A stretch of 18,891 nt of DNA, from assembly GCA_036507075.1 (NCBI GenBank), contig DASXQR010000195.1, positions 1 to 18,891 on the forward strand. The letters run 5' to 3'. The translations under genes and the position numbers were made by a program. Each line of letters opens with the position of its first letter. Position 1 is the stretch's first letter. The stretch is from Acidobacteriota bacterium (GTDB lineage Bacteria > Acidobacteriota > UBA6911 > JACQSX01). Below, piece after piece: positions 1-8,407 of this stretch. Under the pieces are notes generated by a model. It was given only the letters and a program-made list of their open reading frames with translations. It did not search any database and was not told where the DNA came from.

Positions 1-1
1 G

Positions 2-94
2 AGACTGAGAGTATTTATTGAATCAGAAGAACGAAAGACGATGGTTAAATTGGATCTTGCCAGGCAGGAGGTCTCGGTGTCGTCCGGAACTTAA
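2..94 (+). CDS. Possible 3' end of a gene entering from the left edge (product unknown)
   Basis: Frame +2 is open from the window edge (RLRVFIESEERKTMVKLDLARQEVSVSSGT) to TAA at 92-94 and is followed by a repeat/hairpin cluster. Too short to identify. Confidence 0.35.
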   Translation, partial: RLRVFIESEERKTMVKLDLARQEVSVSSGT

Positions 95-102
95 AACTGA
101 AC

Positions 103-245
103 TTTTCACCACAAAGGCACATCCCGGCCTTGGGCCGCAAGCAAAAAGCAGAGGCTGAGCAATGTGAGCCCGCTTTCAGCGGGCTTTTTGCTTTTCGGTT
201 AGCCCCGGCTTTTCAAGCCGGGGGTAGCCACGAAATAAAACGTGG
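103..245. repeat. Composite repeat cluster: CRCNRAG arm, GGC-loop-GCCGCAA end motif and REP-like hairpins
   Basis: TTTTCACCACAAAGGCACA (103-121) matches the arms at 6751-6810. CGGCC-TTG-GGCCG-CAAGCAAAAAG occupies 125-148. Hairpins: AGCCCGC-TTTCA-GCGGGCT (167-185), CCCCGGCTT-TTC-AAGCCGGGG (203-223) and CCACG-N8-CGTGG (228-245). Confidence 0.75.
167..190 (+). terminator. Possible intrinsic terminator formed by the first hairpin
   Basis: A 7-bp GC-rich stem is followed by a T run (GGGCTTTTTG) downstream of the putative gene ending at 94. It may simply be part of the repeat. Confidence 0.4.
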
Positions 246-292
246 TGGGGCAGGCAAAAAGACAGGTCAGTTCACTCTGAGGTGCTCTTCTG

Positions 293-1540
293 TTGACCCT
301 TAACCGGCTCTGCCTCGTTTTTACGCTAGCCATGCTTGTCGTACGCGCCGAGCCCGTCACACCTTCCCAGGAGCAGGAGTGGCGAAGCCGCATCAAAATG
401 GCGCTGTTCGCGGCAGGTCCCCAGCCGAAGCTCGCTCCCGAGGCTCACGGCACTTTTGAGCCGGCGCCGGGCGTCATTGCCGAGCGCGTCAGCTACGGCA
501 CCCAATTCGACATGCGCGTGCCGGCCATCCTGTACCGGCCGAAGTTGCGGGCCGGCAAGGCGCCGGGTCTGATTGTGGTGAACGGTCACGGGGGTGACAA
601 GTACAGTTGGTACGCCTTCTACTCGGGAATCCTTTACGCCGGCGCAGGCGCCATAGTGCTGACTTATGATCCGGTCGGCGAAGGCGAGCGGAACATCAAC
701 AGAAAATCGGGCACGCGCGCGCACGACAAGGTCGAGCCTCCGCCTGAACTCGGACAGCGCCTTGGCGGGTTGATAATGACCGATGTCATGCAGGCCGTGT
801 CCTACCTGAGCCGGCGGCCCGAGGTAGATAGAAGCCGGCTTGCTGCAATGGGGTACTCGATGGGCTCGTTCGTTCTAAGCTTGACTTGCGCGGTGGAGCG
901 CCGGTTGAAGGCCTGCGTGCTGGTGGGCGGGGGCAATCTAGACGGCCCCGGGGGCTACTGGGACAACTCCAAACCGATGTGCCAGGGCCTTCCATATAAA
1001 TCTCTATTGTTCCTTGGCGACCGACCGGCCGTGTTGTATGCGCTTCACGCTTCCCGTGGTCCCACCCTTGTCTACAACGGTCTGGAAGATACGACTGTGG
1101 CGATCCCGCAGCGTGGCGAGGCGCTGTTCCGCGACCTGCGGGAGCGCGTTGTGAAACTGAGGGGCGACACAGCCGGAGTCTTCGAGACCGACTTCGTTCC
1201 CGGCGCCGGGCACAGACCTTACTTTGTCACCAGGCCGGTGGCCCTGTGGCTGGAGCGGCAGCTCGATTTCCCGAAGTGGACACAAGAGAGCATTCAAGCC
1301 ATGCCCGAGACCCACATCAGCGAATGGGCACTCGCGAACGGCGTGGAGATGGATCCACTCTACTCCAATGAGCATCGGGAAGGAGGTGTGCGCGCGCTGG
1401 GAACCGAAGTGCCCGGACTGACGCGCGAGGACCTGAGCGTCTTCAGCGCAGAGGAATGGGGCAGACGCAGGGAGCGGCTGATTTACGAAACATGGCTGCG
1501 CAAAGCCAAGGCACTCGCCGCACAGCCGATCACGCACTGA
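293..1540 (+). CDS. Secreted alpha/beta-hydrolase (acetylxylan esterase / dienelactone hydrolase-like)
   Basis: 415 aa. TTG start with GAGGTG 8 nt upstream and an N-terminal signal peptide. Motifs: VVNGHGG, YDPVGEGER, nucleophile elbow GYSMG, candidate Asp (GLED) and His (GAGH). Confidence 0.85.
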   Translation: MTLNRLCLVFTLAMLVVRAEPVTPSQEQEWRSRIKMALFAAGPQPKLAPEAHGTFEPAPGVIAERVSYGTQFDMRVPAILYRPKLRAGKAPGLIVVNGHGGDKYSWYAFYSGILYAGAGAIVLTYDPVGEGERNINRKSGTRAHDKVEPPPELGQRLGGLIMTDVMQAVSYLSRRPEVDRSRLAAMGYSMGSFVLSLTCAVERRLKACVLVGGGNLDGPGGYWDNSKPMCQGLPYKSLLFLGDRPAVLYALHASRGPTLVYNGLEDTTVAIPQRGEALFRDLRERVVKLRGDTAGVFETDFVPGAGHRPYFVTRPVALWLERQLDFPKWTQESIQAMPETHISEWALANGVEMDPLYSNEHREGGVRALGTEVPGLTREDLSVFSAEEWGRRRERLIYETWLRKAKALAAQPITH

Positions 1541-1555
1541 AAGCTACGTGCGTTT

Positions 1556-3022
1556 TCAGGACGGCGGAACCAGGGCTATGCGAAGCTGAACTGGTCGAGC
1601 CCTGATTCCACGTAGCCACGGGACTGATACCGGCGGCTGAACCATCAAATTGGGGAAGCGCTTACAGAATCCCGCAAAGTCGGCGGTGGTCGACTCGTCA
1701 AACACGATAACTCCGCCCCGCCTTCTGAGATCCTCATCTCCGGTCCACGGACTTGTCTTTGGGTCGAGGTCAATATAGACGTCCGGACGGTTCTTCAAAA
1801 AAAAGCCGGTGCTATGAGTTGGCTTCATGCTCCCCGCCACTACAGGCAACGGGAAAGCGTAGCGAGCGCGCCATACACTCCCAAGAGTTTCCGCAATATC
1901 GCTTGCTGGATAGAACCTGTCGCTTGGTTTCATGGAAACCAAGTGCGGCGCGAACCTGGCCGCAACAGTTCCAGCCATCATCAGGATCGAAACAACAGCC
2001 ACGACGCAGACAAAGAAGTTCAGCCGTTTCGGAGTCAGTGTCAGTCTAAACGAGGTAAAGATGAGAGCGCCGGTCATTGACCACATCGGTATTTCCCAGA
2101 TTTGCCGCAGCTTAAAACCAAAGACAGCCGAAATTGCCAGCAGTGTCAACAGCGGTCCCAGAACTGCTGCGAAGAGAAACCAGCGACTGAAATGTGTCGA
2201 ACTTGTCGGAGATATGAATCGAAGAGGTCTTGCTACCAAAATCGATGCTGCCAGAAGCATCGGCAAAAGGAGAACCTGGTCACGGAAAAAAAAGACGGGG
2301 TGCAAGACATGTCCGATGAATCCGGCCTTGTTGCCTGCGCGGCCCAACGCGTAATGGATCGTAATGAAATCATGTTCCAGCATCCAGATCAGATGAGGGA
2401 GAGCGATCGCAACAACGGTTCCCAGCGCAAGGTAGGGGCCTGGTTTTCGAAAACATCGACGGGCCGTGGGGTGAAACAATAGAAAGACGGTTATCGGGAA
2501 GAGAAGGAAGACAATTGTATATTTCGCCAGGAAGCCGAGTCCAATCGAAATTCCAAAAAACAGCCAGGGTGCCTTCCGATTCGAGATCAGAGCTCGCCAG
2601 AGGAAAAGAAGTGCCAATACCCATAGGGCCAACAGCACGGTATCGCCATTGAGATTTCTCCCATAGACGTTATAAAAAGGAATGGTTTCCAGGAGCAACA
2701 TGCTGAGCAGGGCCACCGGCACATCCAGGAAATCCAGGGAGAGTTTCCAAACGGCCCACAGGCACAACACCACCAGTAGCTGGATTGCGAGATAGATTAT
2801 CCACAAGTTTCTTCCGGCTGCTTCCAGCAGAAACTCCGTGATCCAGGCGTAAAGAGGAGGGTGTTTGTGATAACCCCACTGCCAGTGATGGGCCCAATTG
2901 CTCGCCTCCATAATGTCAAAATTAGGTGTGGGCAAGCTCAGTGTGAAAACCAGAGTCCATCCAATCAGATGCCAACATGCAACGACCGCCAGGATCGCAT
3001 TGTTGTTTCGAATAAATTGCAT
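1556..3022 (-). CDS. Membrane glycosyltransferase, family 39 / ArnT-PMT-like (GT-C)
   Basis: 488 aa with many hydrophobic segments. Motifs D-x-x-E...WQWGYHKHPPL and GLGFLAKY are typical of ArnT/PMT_2 proteins. Confidence 0.85.
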   Translation of the reverse strand: MQFIRNNNAILAVVACWHLIGWTLVFTLSLPTPNFDIMEASNWAHHWQWGYHKHPPLYAWITEFLLEAAGRNLWIIYLAIQLLVVLCLWAVWKLSLDFLDVPVALLSMLLLETIPFYNVYGRNLNGDTVLLALWVLALLFLWRALISNRKAPWLFFGISIGLGFLAKYTIVFLLFPITVFLLFHPTARRCFRKPGPYLALGTVVAIALPHLIWMLEHDFITIHYALGRAGNKAGFIGHVLHPVFFFRDQVLLLPMLLAASILVARPLRFISPTSSTHFSRWFLFAAVLGPLLTLLAISAVFGFKLRQIWEIPMWSMTGALIFTSFRLTLTPKRLNFFVCVVAVVSILMMAGTVAARFAPHLVSMKPSDRFYPASDIAETLGSVWRARYAFPLPVVAGSMKPTHSTGFFLKNRPDVYIDLDPKTSPWTGDEDLRRRGGVIVFDESTTADFAGFCKRFPNLMVQPPVSVPWLRGIRARPVQLRIALVPPS

Positions 3023-3175
3023 GACAACTGAATTTGATCACATTATGCAGCAGGTAAAAAGTAGCGCCCGCGCACAAGGGCCCGCAGTAATATGCGGCGT
3101 GCACAAGCGCCTAGCTCTTGGCTGTGTCAAAACCACCTCTTAGGCCGCTTGTAGCCGCTTTCCCCAAAAGGTTTC

Positions 3176-3200
3176 AGCCCCGGCCTTTCCAGGCCGGGGT
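3176..3200. repeat. REP-like palindrome, second copy of the 201-224 hairpin
   Basis: AG-CCCCGGCCT-TTCC-AGGCCGGGG-T forms a perfect 9-bp stem. It lies about 50 nt downstream of the sialidase-like gene and could also terminate or stabilise that transcript. Confidence 0.75.
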
Positions 3201-3252
3201 CAGGCATCTGGTCGCTGCTCCAGAAAATTCGTGGCAGATGTCTCTTGCCTCG

Positions 3253-4515
3253 TCACAAAGGTGTGATCCGGTATAAATATGCGTCACCCGCCCATCCTTC
3301 AGGGTGCGCGAACAGGCGTGTCATGTGGACGGAGATCTCCCGCGTGCGGCGATCCTCGCGCGCGTAGAAGTTCGAGAGCGAAAGAATCGGGTCTTCCCCG
3401 GGCTGCAATGTGTCGACTGTCCGCACGCTCGAGCGCATCAGGCGGGCTGTGCGGCGGTCGACCTCTCCGATTACGAAGGGAAAACGCGGGCGATTGCCTC
3501 GCGGATTCTCTGCGGTGATGTTGCCGAGCCAGAAGAGTCGGCCCGACGAGTGGCGCAACAAACGAGAGCAGGCGCTCGGGCTGAAAAACGGTTCGCCCGT
3601 GTCGTAGGTCCACGGCTCGGGGTGTGTCCAGCGCCGGCCGCCATCGGAAGAGAATGCGACCCACCGCCAGCTCGGGAGTTCCGGACGGCGGTCGTTGGAG
3701 CCGCGCAGCACCATGAGCAAGCGCCCGTCGTCGAGGAACTCGATCGTGGGCTCGACCATGCCGCGAGTCGAATGCGCGGGATCGCCCTGGATTACCTGGG
3801 ACATCTCCCATTCGAGGCGATCGCCACGCCAGCGCCCATCGAGGATGGCGGCGTCCGTGTAGGTGTATGCGCCCGTCGGGTTGTAAAGCTTGCCGTCCGC
3901 TCCGAGGGGCGAGATCTCGATTGGAAGCAGGATATGGCCGCCGGAGGTGACAACAGGCACACTGGTCATGTCGCCGAGCATCGCCGAGTTCTTGCCCGTC
4001 CAGACGCCGGGCAGCGGATGCCGCCCGTCAAATTCCGCGCCCGCATGGACCACCTGGAAGGGCGGACCGAATCTGTGGCCGCCATCGCGGGAGATCCTGT
4101 AAAAGATGTTCCAGTTGCGCAGACCCTCGAGCGGGTCGTCCGTAGGAAGGACGCCCTCGATCCAGAATTCGATATAGCGGCGGGTGCGGGCATCAACGAA
4201 GCCGAAACGCGGATGGCGGCGCAGCATGCCTTCCGGGCGGCGCTCGCCTGTGCGAACCTCGAGCGGCATGCTCCAGGTCTGGCCGTAATCCTGCGAGCGC
4301 CGGAAGTAAGCGACATCGATCGTGTCCGAGCGCGACCAACGCTGCTCAATCGAAATCATGTCGCCGCCGCGGTGCCGCGTATAGAAGGCATAAGCCATGA
4401 TCGCGACCCTTTTTGCCGGCGAAGTCAGAAACACTTCGCGTCGAATACCCGGCATTGGGAGGTGCACGAGCCCGGCGGACGCAGCGAGAAACTCGCGGCG
4501 AGAGAGAGGCGGCAT
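3253..4515 (-). CDS. Tat-exported BNR/Asp-box beta-propeller protein (sialidase-like family)
   Basis: 420 aa with twin-arginine motif SRREFL, Asp-boxes SQDYGQTW, SRDGGHRF and SSDGGRRW, and the VEPTIEFLDDGRLLMVLR segment typical of BNR_2 proteins. Confidence 0.85.
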   Translation of the reverse strand: MPPLSRREFLAASAGLVHLPMPGIRREVFLTSPAKRVAIMAYAFYTRHRGGDMISIEQRWSRSDTIDVAYFRRSQDYGQTWSMPLEVRTGERRPEGMLRRHPRFGFVDARTRRYIEFWIEGVLPTDDPLEGLRNWNIFYRISRDGGHRFGPPFQVVHAGAEFDGRHPLPGVWTGKNSAMLGDMTSVPVVTSGGHILLPIEISPLGADGKLYNPTGAYTYTDAAILDGRWRGDRLEWEMSQVIQGDPAHSTRGMVEPTIEFLDDGRLLMVLRGSNDRRPELPSWRWVAFSSDGGRRWTHPEPWTYDTGEPFFSPSACSRLLRHSSGRLFWLGNITAENPRGNRPRFPFVIGEVDRRTARLMRSSVRTVDTLQPGEDPILSLSNFYAREDRRTREISVHMTRLFAHPEGWAGDAYLYRITPL

Positions 4516-4566
4516 GAGTGCATCATACTGGAATGCTCGCCGTCCAGGAGCTGCAATATGGACCGG

Positions 4567-5088
4567 CTATTCGAATAGTCTCTCGACTGTTGCGATGGGG
4601 AGGAAGAGCCGCTTCGGTATTTTGGGCAGTTCTATAAACCCGTACTTCCGATAGAACGCCAACCCCTGGTCGTCCTTCGCGTCAATGATCACTGCCGCCG
4701 ACGCAACCTTCATGCTCCCTGAGAGGCACCGATGAAGCGCATCCATCAGTAACATCTCGCCGAGGCCCCTGCCGCGAAACGCGCTGTCCACCGCCAGACG
4801 ACCGATCAGGGTCGCTGGTATTCGCGGATACTTAGGAAGCTTTCTCGCAATCTCTGGCGGGATTGCGTCCAGTTCAACGGCATACTGCGAGAGCGTGTAA
4901 TACCCGGCGATTGTTTCACCGTCCGAGGAGAGCACAAAGACCACGGCGACACGCTTGCGCATGTCCTGTCGTGCTTGTTTCTGAAGGTAGCTATCAAGAG
5001 CTTGTACGCCGCATGAAAAATTCTTTCGTTTGTGCTGCGGACCGAGGGGCTGAATTTCAAAATTGCCAGTGCGTGTCCGGGCCTGCAC
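4567..5088 (-). CDS. GNAT-family acetyltransferase toxin (AtaT/TacT-like type II TA toxin)
   Basis: Motifs FSCG..LDSYL, IAGYYTL, PATLIGRLAVD, acetyl-CoA loop RGRGLG and FYRKYGF. Directly downstream of a DUF1778 gene. The start codon is uncertain (see findings). Confidence 0.92.
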   Translation of the reverse strand: MQARTRTGNFEIQPLGPQHKRKNFSCGVQALDSYLQKQARQDMRKRVAVVFVLSSDGETIAGYYTLSQYAVELDAIPPEIARKLPKYPRIPATLIGRLAVDSAFRGRGLGEMLLMDALHRCLSGSMKVASAAVIIDAKDDQGLAFYRKYGFIELPKIPKRLFLPIATVERLFE

Positions 5089-5385
5089 TCATAGCCCCAT
5101 GCGTCTCTTGTATCGGCGCGCTGCTGCCTTGGCCGCCGCATTGGGGGCGGGCGGATTCAACAGCGCCTTCACGAACGCGTTGCGCGCTTCATCGCGCAGA
5201 CTCAGGGTCTCGAGATCCTTGATAGTCTCGGCAGCGGCCTGCTGGGCGCTTACGACTACAAAGTCCGTCACCGATGTTCCGCGCAGCTCTGCAGCATGCG
5301 CGATGATCCGTTTTTGCTCGCGCGTGACCCTTGCCTCCAGACGCTCAATCTTTCGAGTCTTGATTCCGGTTTGACGACGTGGCAT
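5089..5385 (-). CDS. DUF1778 ribbon-helix-helix antitoxin (AtaR/TacA-like)
   Basis: 98 aa from ATG 5385 (GAGG upstream; the longer TTG start at 5424 falls inside the promoter). ERLEARVTREQKRII..AA...G.SVTDFVV and LLNPPAPN are DUF1778 hallmarks. Confidence 0.92.
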   Translation of the reverse strand: MPRRQTGIKTRKIERLEARVTREQKRIIAHAAELRGTSVTDFVVVSAQQAAAETIKDLETLSLRDEARNAFVKALLNPPAPNAAAKAAARRYKRRMGL

Positions 5386-5400
5386 TTGTCCTCTCAAGTC

Positions 5401-5429
5401 ATTGTACGGCAGAAAGCCGTACAACTCAA
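5401..5429 (-). promoter_or_regulatory. Sigma70-type promoter of the TA operon with overlapping operator palindrome
   Basis: The minus strand reads TTGAGT (5429-5424), 17 nt, TACAAT (5406-5401). A perfect inverted repeat TTGTACGGC-AGAAA-GCCGTACAA (5402-5424) covers the spacer. Confidence 0.85.
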
Positions 5430-5451
5430 CTGGGATTGTTGAGATCCACGT

Positions 5452-6279
5452 TCAAGGCTCGGCCACCACAGGAACTCCCAGGAACTTGCCTTCAGGAAAA
5501 AATACGTCAACGGCGCCTACCGCAATCGGGGTGTTGGAATCGAAAAGCACCGAGCCTTCCGAACCAGGATCACAGTTCGGAAAAAAATCAGGTATGTAAA
5601 AGTTGCGTCGGGCCAGTGGGAGAATGGTGAGGGAAGTTGAGCAAAGTGGTTTCCCTTGCCGGTCCAACGCATCGACCCTGATTAGTGCTGGCTGGTCGGC
5701 GGAGGCATTGACCACTGCGTACGCTGTCCGTCGCAGCTCCGCCCCGCCATTCGGCGCAATGTACCCAAACGTCCTGCGTCTGAACTCGGAAGCGTTGAAG
5801 AATGGGGCTCGGAAACGCCTGGCAGGTCGAACTGCGTCAAGACGGGTGGTGCCTGTCAATTCCTGTTCAAAAACGCCACCTGGGCGAAACTGAAAAGTTG
5901 AAATGCTTGCCCAGACAAGCACCCTCTGACCTGCAGGGACAGCGGTACGCGCCCAACCGTTGTGTTCGAGTACTACGATATCGAGCTCCCTGGGGAATTC
6001 CACCATTCCGTTCACTGGAACAGCCGAAGCGCCGGTCGACAAAAAATTCCCGCCGTTGCTGCTGAAAAACTGCATTCTCGGTTGAAACTCACCCGGCCCA
6101 AGATTCAAAAATCCGTAAAGCGTCCGGTGAATGGGTACATCTGACCGGAGCAAGTCCACGGCAATCGGAAAGATGACTTGTTCATCAATACTTGGCGCTT
6201 GCGCCAACAAATCCGGCGCGGAACTCAGATAGAAGCACAATGGGAAGAAGAAAGCGCTGATGATTCGGACAAATCTCAT
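5452..6279 (-). CDS. Secreted hypothetical protein, probably two beta-sandwich domains
   Basis: 275 aa from ATG 6279 (AGGAG upstream) with a signal peptide ending LLAQA. Two similar halves: FLNLG...QFFSSNG...GWARTAV and VVNAS...DALDRQG...GSVLFDSNTPI. Confidence 0.7.
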   Translation of the reverse strand: MRFVRIISAFFFPLCFYLSSAPDLLAQAPSIDEQVIFPIAVDLLRSDVPIHRTLYGFLNLGPGEFQPRMQFFSSNGGNFLSTGASAVPVNGMVEFPRELDIVVLEHNGWARTAVPAGQRVLVWASISTFQFRPGGVFEQELTGTTRLDAVRPARRFRAPFFNASEFRRRTFGYIAPNGGAELRRTAYAVVNASADQPALIRVDALDRQGKPLCSTSLTILPLARRNFYIPDFFPNCDPGSEGSVLFDSNTPIAVGAVDVFFPEGKFLGVPVVAEP

Positions 6280-6488
6280 GGGTATCTCCTGTGACTGTAA
6301 AGATGCGGCTAGGAGGGAAAAGGTGGCGGGGGACAACATCTTCGAGGGTAGGCTTTCATCTCGGGGTCATTGCGCCAGGTTGATTGTCAAGCTATTCTGG
6401 AATTACTCACTTACGAGTGATTGGGATACTACCGCTGACAGCGATCTGCCGGCGGACAGGCTGGTTTTGCCAGGAAAGGACAAAAATA

Positions 6489-6740
6489 ATGTCGCTTCTG
6501 TGGATGATTATCATTGGATTGATTGTGGGAGCTCTTGCAAAGCTTATAATGCCGGGAAGAGATCCGGGTGGCATCATCGTGACTATCCTGCTCGGGATCG
6601 GCGGGGCGTTACTGGCCGGTTTCCTCGGCCGCAGCATGGGGTGGTATGCCGAAGGCCAAGCCGCCGGATTCCTTGCCTCTCTGGTTGGCGCCATCCTGCT
6701 GCTGATGTTGTACAGACTGATAGCCCGCCGGCACGCCTGA
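6489..6740 (+). CDS. GlsB/YeaQ/YmgE family (transglycosylase-associated) membrane protein
   Basis: 83 aa from ATG 6489 (GGAAAGGA upstream). WMIIIGLIVGALAKLIMPGRDPGG..TILLGIGGA...SLVGAILLL is the family signature. Confidence 0.93.
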   Translation: MSLLWMIIIGLIVGALAKLIMPGRDPGGIIVTILLGIGGALLAGFLGRSMGWYAEGQAAGFLASLVGAILLLMLYRLIARRHA

Positions 6741-6750
6741 GGAGCTTTTG

Positions 6751-6806
6751 CACCACAAAGACACCAAGGCACCAAACAAGATAGGTGCCTTTGTGTCTTT
6801 GTGGTG
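6751..6806. repeat. Periodic inverted repeat (CRCNRAG family), possible bidirectional terminator
   Basis: CACCACAAAGACACCAAGGCACC (6751-6773) and GGTGCCTTTGTGTCTTTGTGGTG (6784-6806) are 22/23 complementary with a 10-nt loop and an 8-nt internal period. It lies between convergent genes. Confidence 0.9.
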
Positions 6807-6874
6807 AAAATTCGATGTGCGGCACTCCACGTCCTGAGTATGCTGCACAATCAGTATTACTCAAGACACCAAAC

Positions 6875-8389
6875 TCAGCTCAACCCGCCGGTCGGCACGG
6901 CAGACATGCAGGCGGCAGGGCGCGGGTCAAGCCTGCGGCGCCAGCGAAGATGCCGCCGGCGGGAGAGGTCAACCAGCGGAAACCAGATACGGTGGGTGAG
7001 GCGGTGCCGGATTATGAAAGGCCAGAAGCGGTTGGATTTTTTGTACAAATAGCTCATCCCGAGATATCCAGGAACGGCGGTCCACTGCTCCGGTCGACGA
7101 CGCCAGATCGAGCTGTGAGAGAACAGCCGACGATAAGCCCAGGCGTACCCTTCATACAGCTCTTCGGGCAGCATGCGCTTCGGTTTAAACACCACGTGCG
7201 CCGTGTCGTAAAGATCCCAATTCTTGTGCAGCAGCCGATTCTCCGCCTCGAGTTGACGAAACAGCGGTGTTCCCGGATAAGGGGTGAGAATGTGGAACGT
7301 CGCGCATTCCAGGTGATTTGCCTCGATCCACTCCACCGTGCGGTCAAACACCTGTGGGCCGTCGTGATCAAAGCCGAAAACGAAGCTGCCGTTTACCTGG
7401 ATTCCGTATTCGTGCAGCAGGGCGACTCTTCGCGCATAGTCCTCAGGCCGCGGTGTTTTCTTTCTCGCGTCATTCAAGTTCTCCATATCGAGCGACTCCA
7501 GACCCACAAAAACGCCTGTGCAGCCGGCGCGCGCCATTTCGCGGACCAAATCTGGGTCGTTGGTGATGTCAATGGTGACCGCGGCGCTCCAGATCTTTTC
7601 GGCGCGCCGCAATCCGCGGCAGAGTGCGCGAACGTATTCAGGCCTTGATCCAAGGTTATTGTCGATGAAGACCCCGTATGGCTCGCCATTGGCGATGAAT
7701 TGGTCGACGACATCCTCCACATCGCGCATTTGATACGGCATTCGAAGACCATCGGTCGACAGATAGCAAAAACCACAGCGGTTATGGCATCCGCGAGTGG
7801 CAATGAGGCTGCTCGTCGTCAGGAAGCAGTCGCGCGGCAGAATGCCGCGCCGCGGACGCGGCTCGTCACGGTAAGTGCCCATTGGTCCCTTGACGAAGCT
7901 GCCGTCATAAAGCTTGCGGAGTTTGCGCTGCTCAAAGTCTTCGAGCACCTCCGGCCAGACCTGCACTCCTTCACCCAGCACCAGCGCATCGGCATGCGGG
8001 AGGCATTCCTCCGGGCGGGAGAGAACGTGCAAGCCGCCGAGGATCACCGTCGAGCCGCGCAATCGATACCAATCGGCCAGCTCAAATGCGCGCCGCGCGA
8101 ATGTCAAATGCACCGTGATCGCGACGATGGCAGGCGCCGGTTCGCAAGGCGGAGAACCCTGCAGGAGATTCTCATCCCAGTAAGTCGTGGTCCAATGGGG
8201 AGGTGTTGCGGCCGCCAGGGAAGTAAGAGCCAGCGTGGGTGTCAGAACATGTTTTCCAAAGCTGGCGTGGGGATCCTTGGGATAGAACGGGTTCACAAAC
8301 AGCGCCGCATGCTGCGCCAGCCGGGTTGGTTTCTGAAGAGGATCGAGCCGCGGGGCTTCCCGCATCGATTGGGGCCAATAGAGTGTCAT
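6875..8389 (-). CDS. B12-binding domain-containing radical SAM protein
   Basis: 504 aa from ATG 8389 (GAGG upstream). N-terminal cobalamin-binding-like segment (VILGGLHV...ADALVLGEG), then RGCHNRCGFC (CxxxCxxC), FIDNN, VGLES, FVFGFDHD and LTPYPGT. Confidence 0.92.
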   Translation of the reverse strand: MTLYWPQSMREAPRLDPLQKPTRLAQHAALFVNPFYPKDPHASFGKHVLTPTLALTSLAAATPPHWTTTYWDENLLQGSPPCEPAPAIVAITVHLTFARRAFELADWYRLRGSTVILGGLHVLSRPEECLPHADALVLGEGVQVWPEVLEDFEQRKLRKLYDGSFVKGPMGTYRDEPRPRRGILPRDCFLTTSSLIATRGCHNRCGFCYLSTDGLRMPYQMRDVEDVVDQFIANGEPYGVFIDNNLGSRPEYVRALCRGLRRAEKIWSAAVTIDITNDPDLVREMARAGCTGVFVGLESLDMENLNDARKKTPRPEDYARRVALLHEYGIQVNGSFVFGFDHDGPQVFDRTVEWIEANHLECATFHILTPYPGTPLFRQLEAENRLLHKNWDLYDTAHVVFKPKRMLPEELYEGYAWAYRRLFSHSSIWRRRPEQWTAVPGYLGMSYLYKKSNRFWPFIIRHRLTHRIWFPLVDLSRRRHLRWRRRLDPRPAACMSAVPTGGLS

Positions 8390-8407
8390 ATTCAAAACCT
8401 CATGAAG

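Noticed and set aside
3120..3134. GGCTGTGTCAAAACC resembling an IS terminal inverted repeat
   Set aside because: No partner end or transposase is present in the window, and it is too short to support.
3304..4578. 424-aa ORF antisense to the sialidase-like gene
   Set aside because: It is Ala/Arg-rich with no recognisable motifs and mirrors the real gene. Long antisense ORFs are expected in high-GC coding DNA.
5386..5424. Longer antitoxin N-terminus from TTG 5424 given in the ORF track
   Set aside because: It lies within the predicted promoter and operator, whereas ATG 5385 has an SD-like sequence and gives a typical DUF1778 length.
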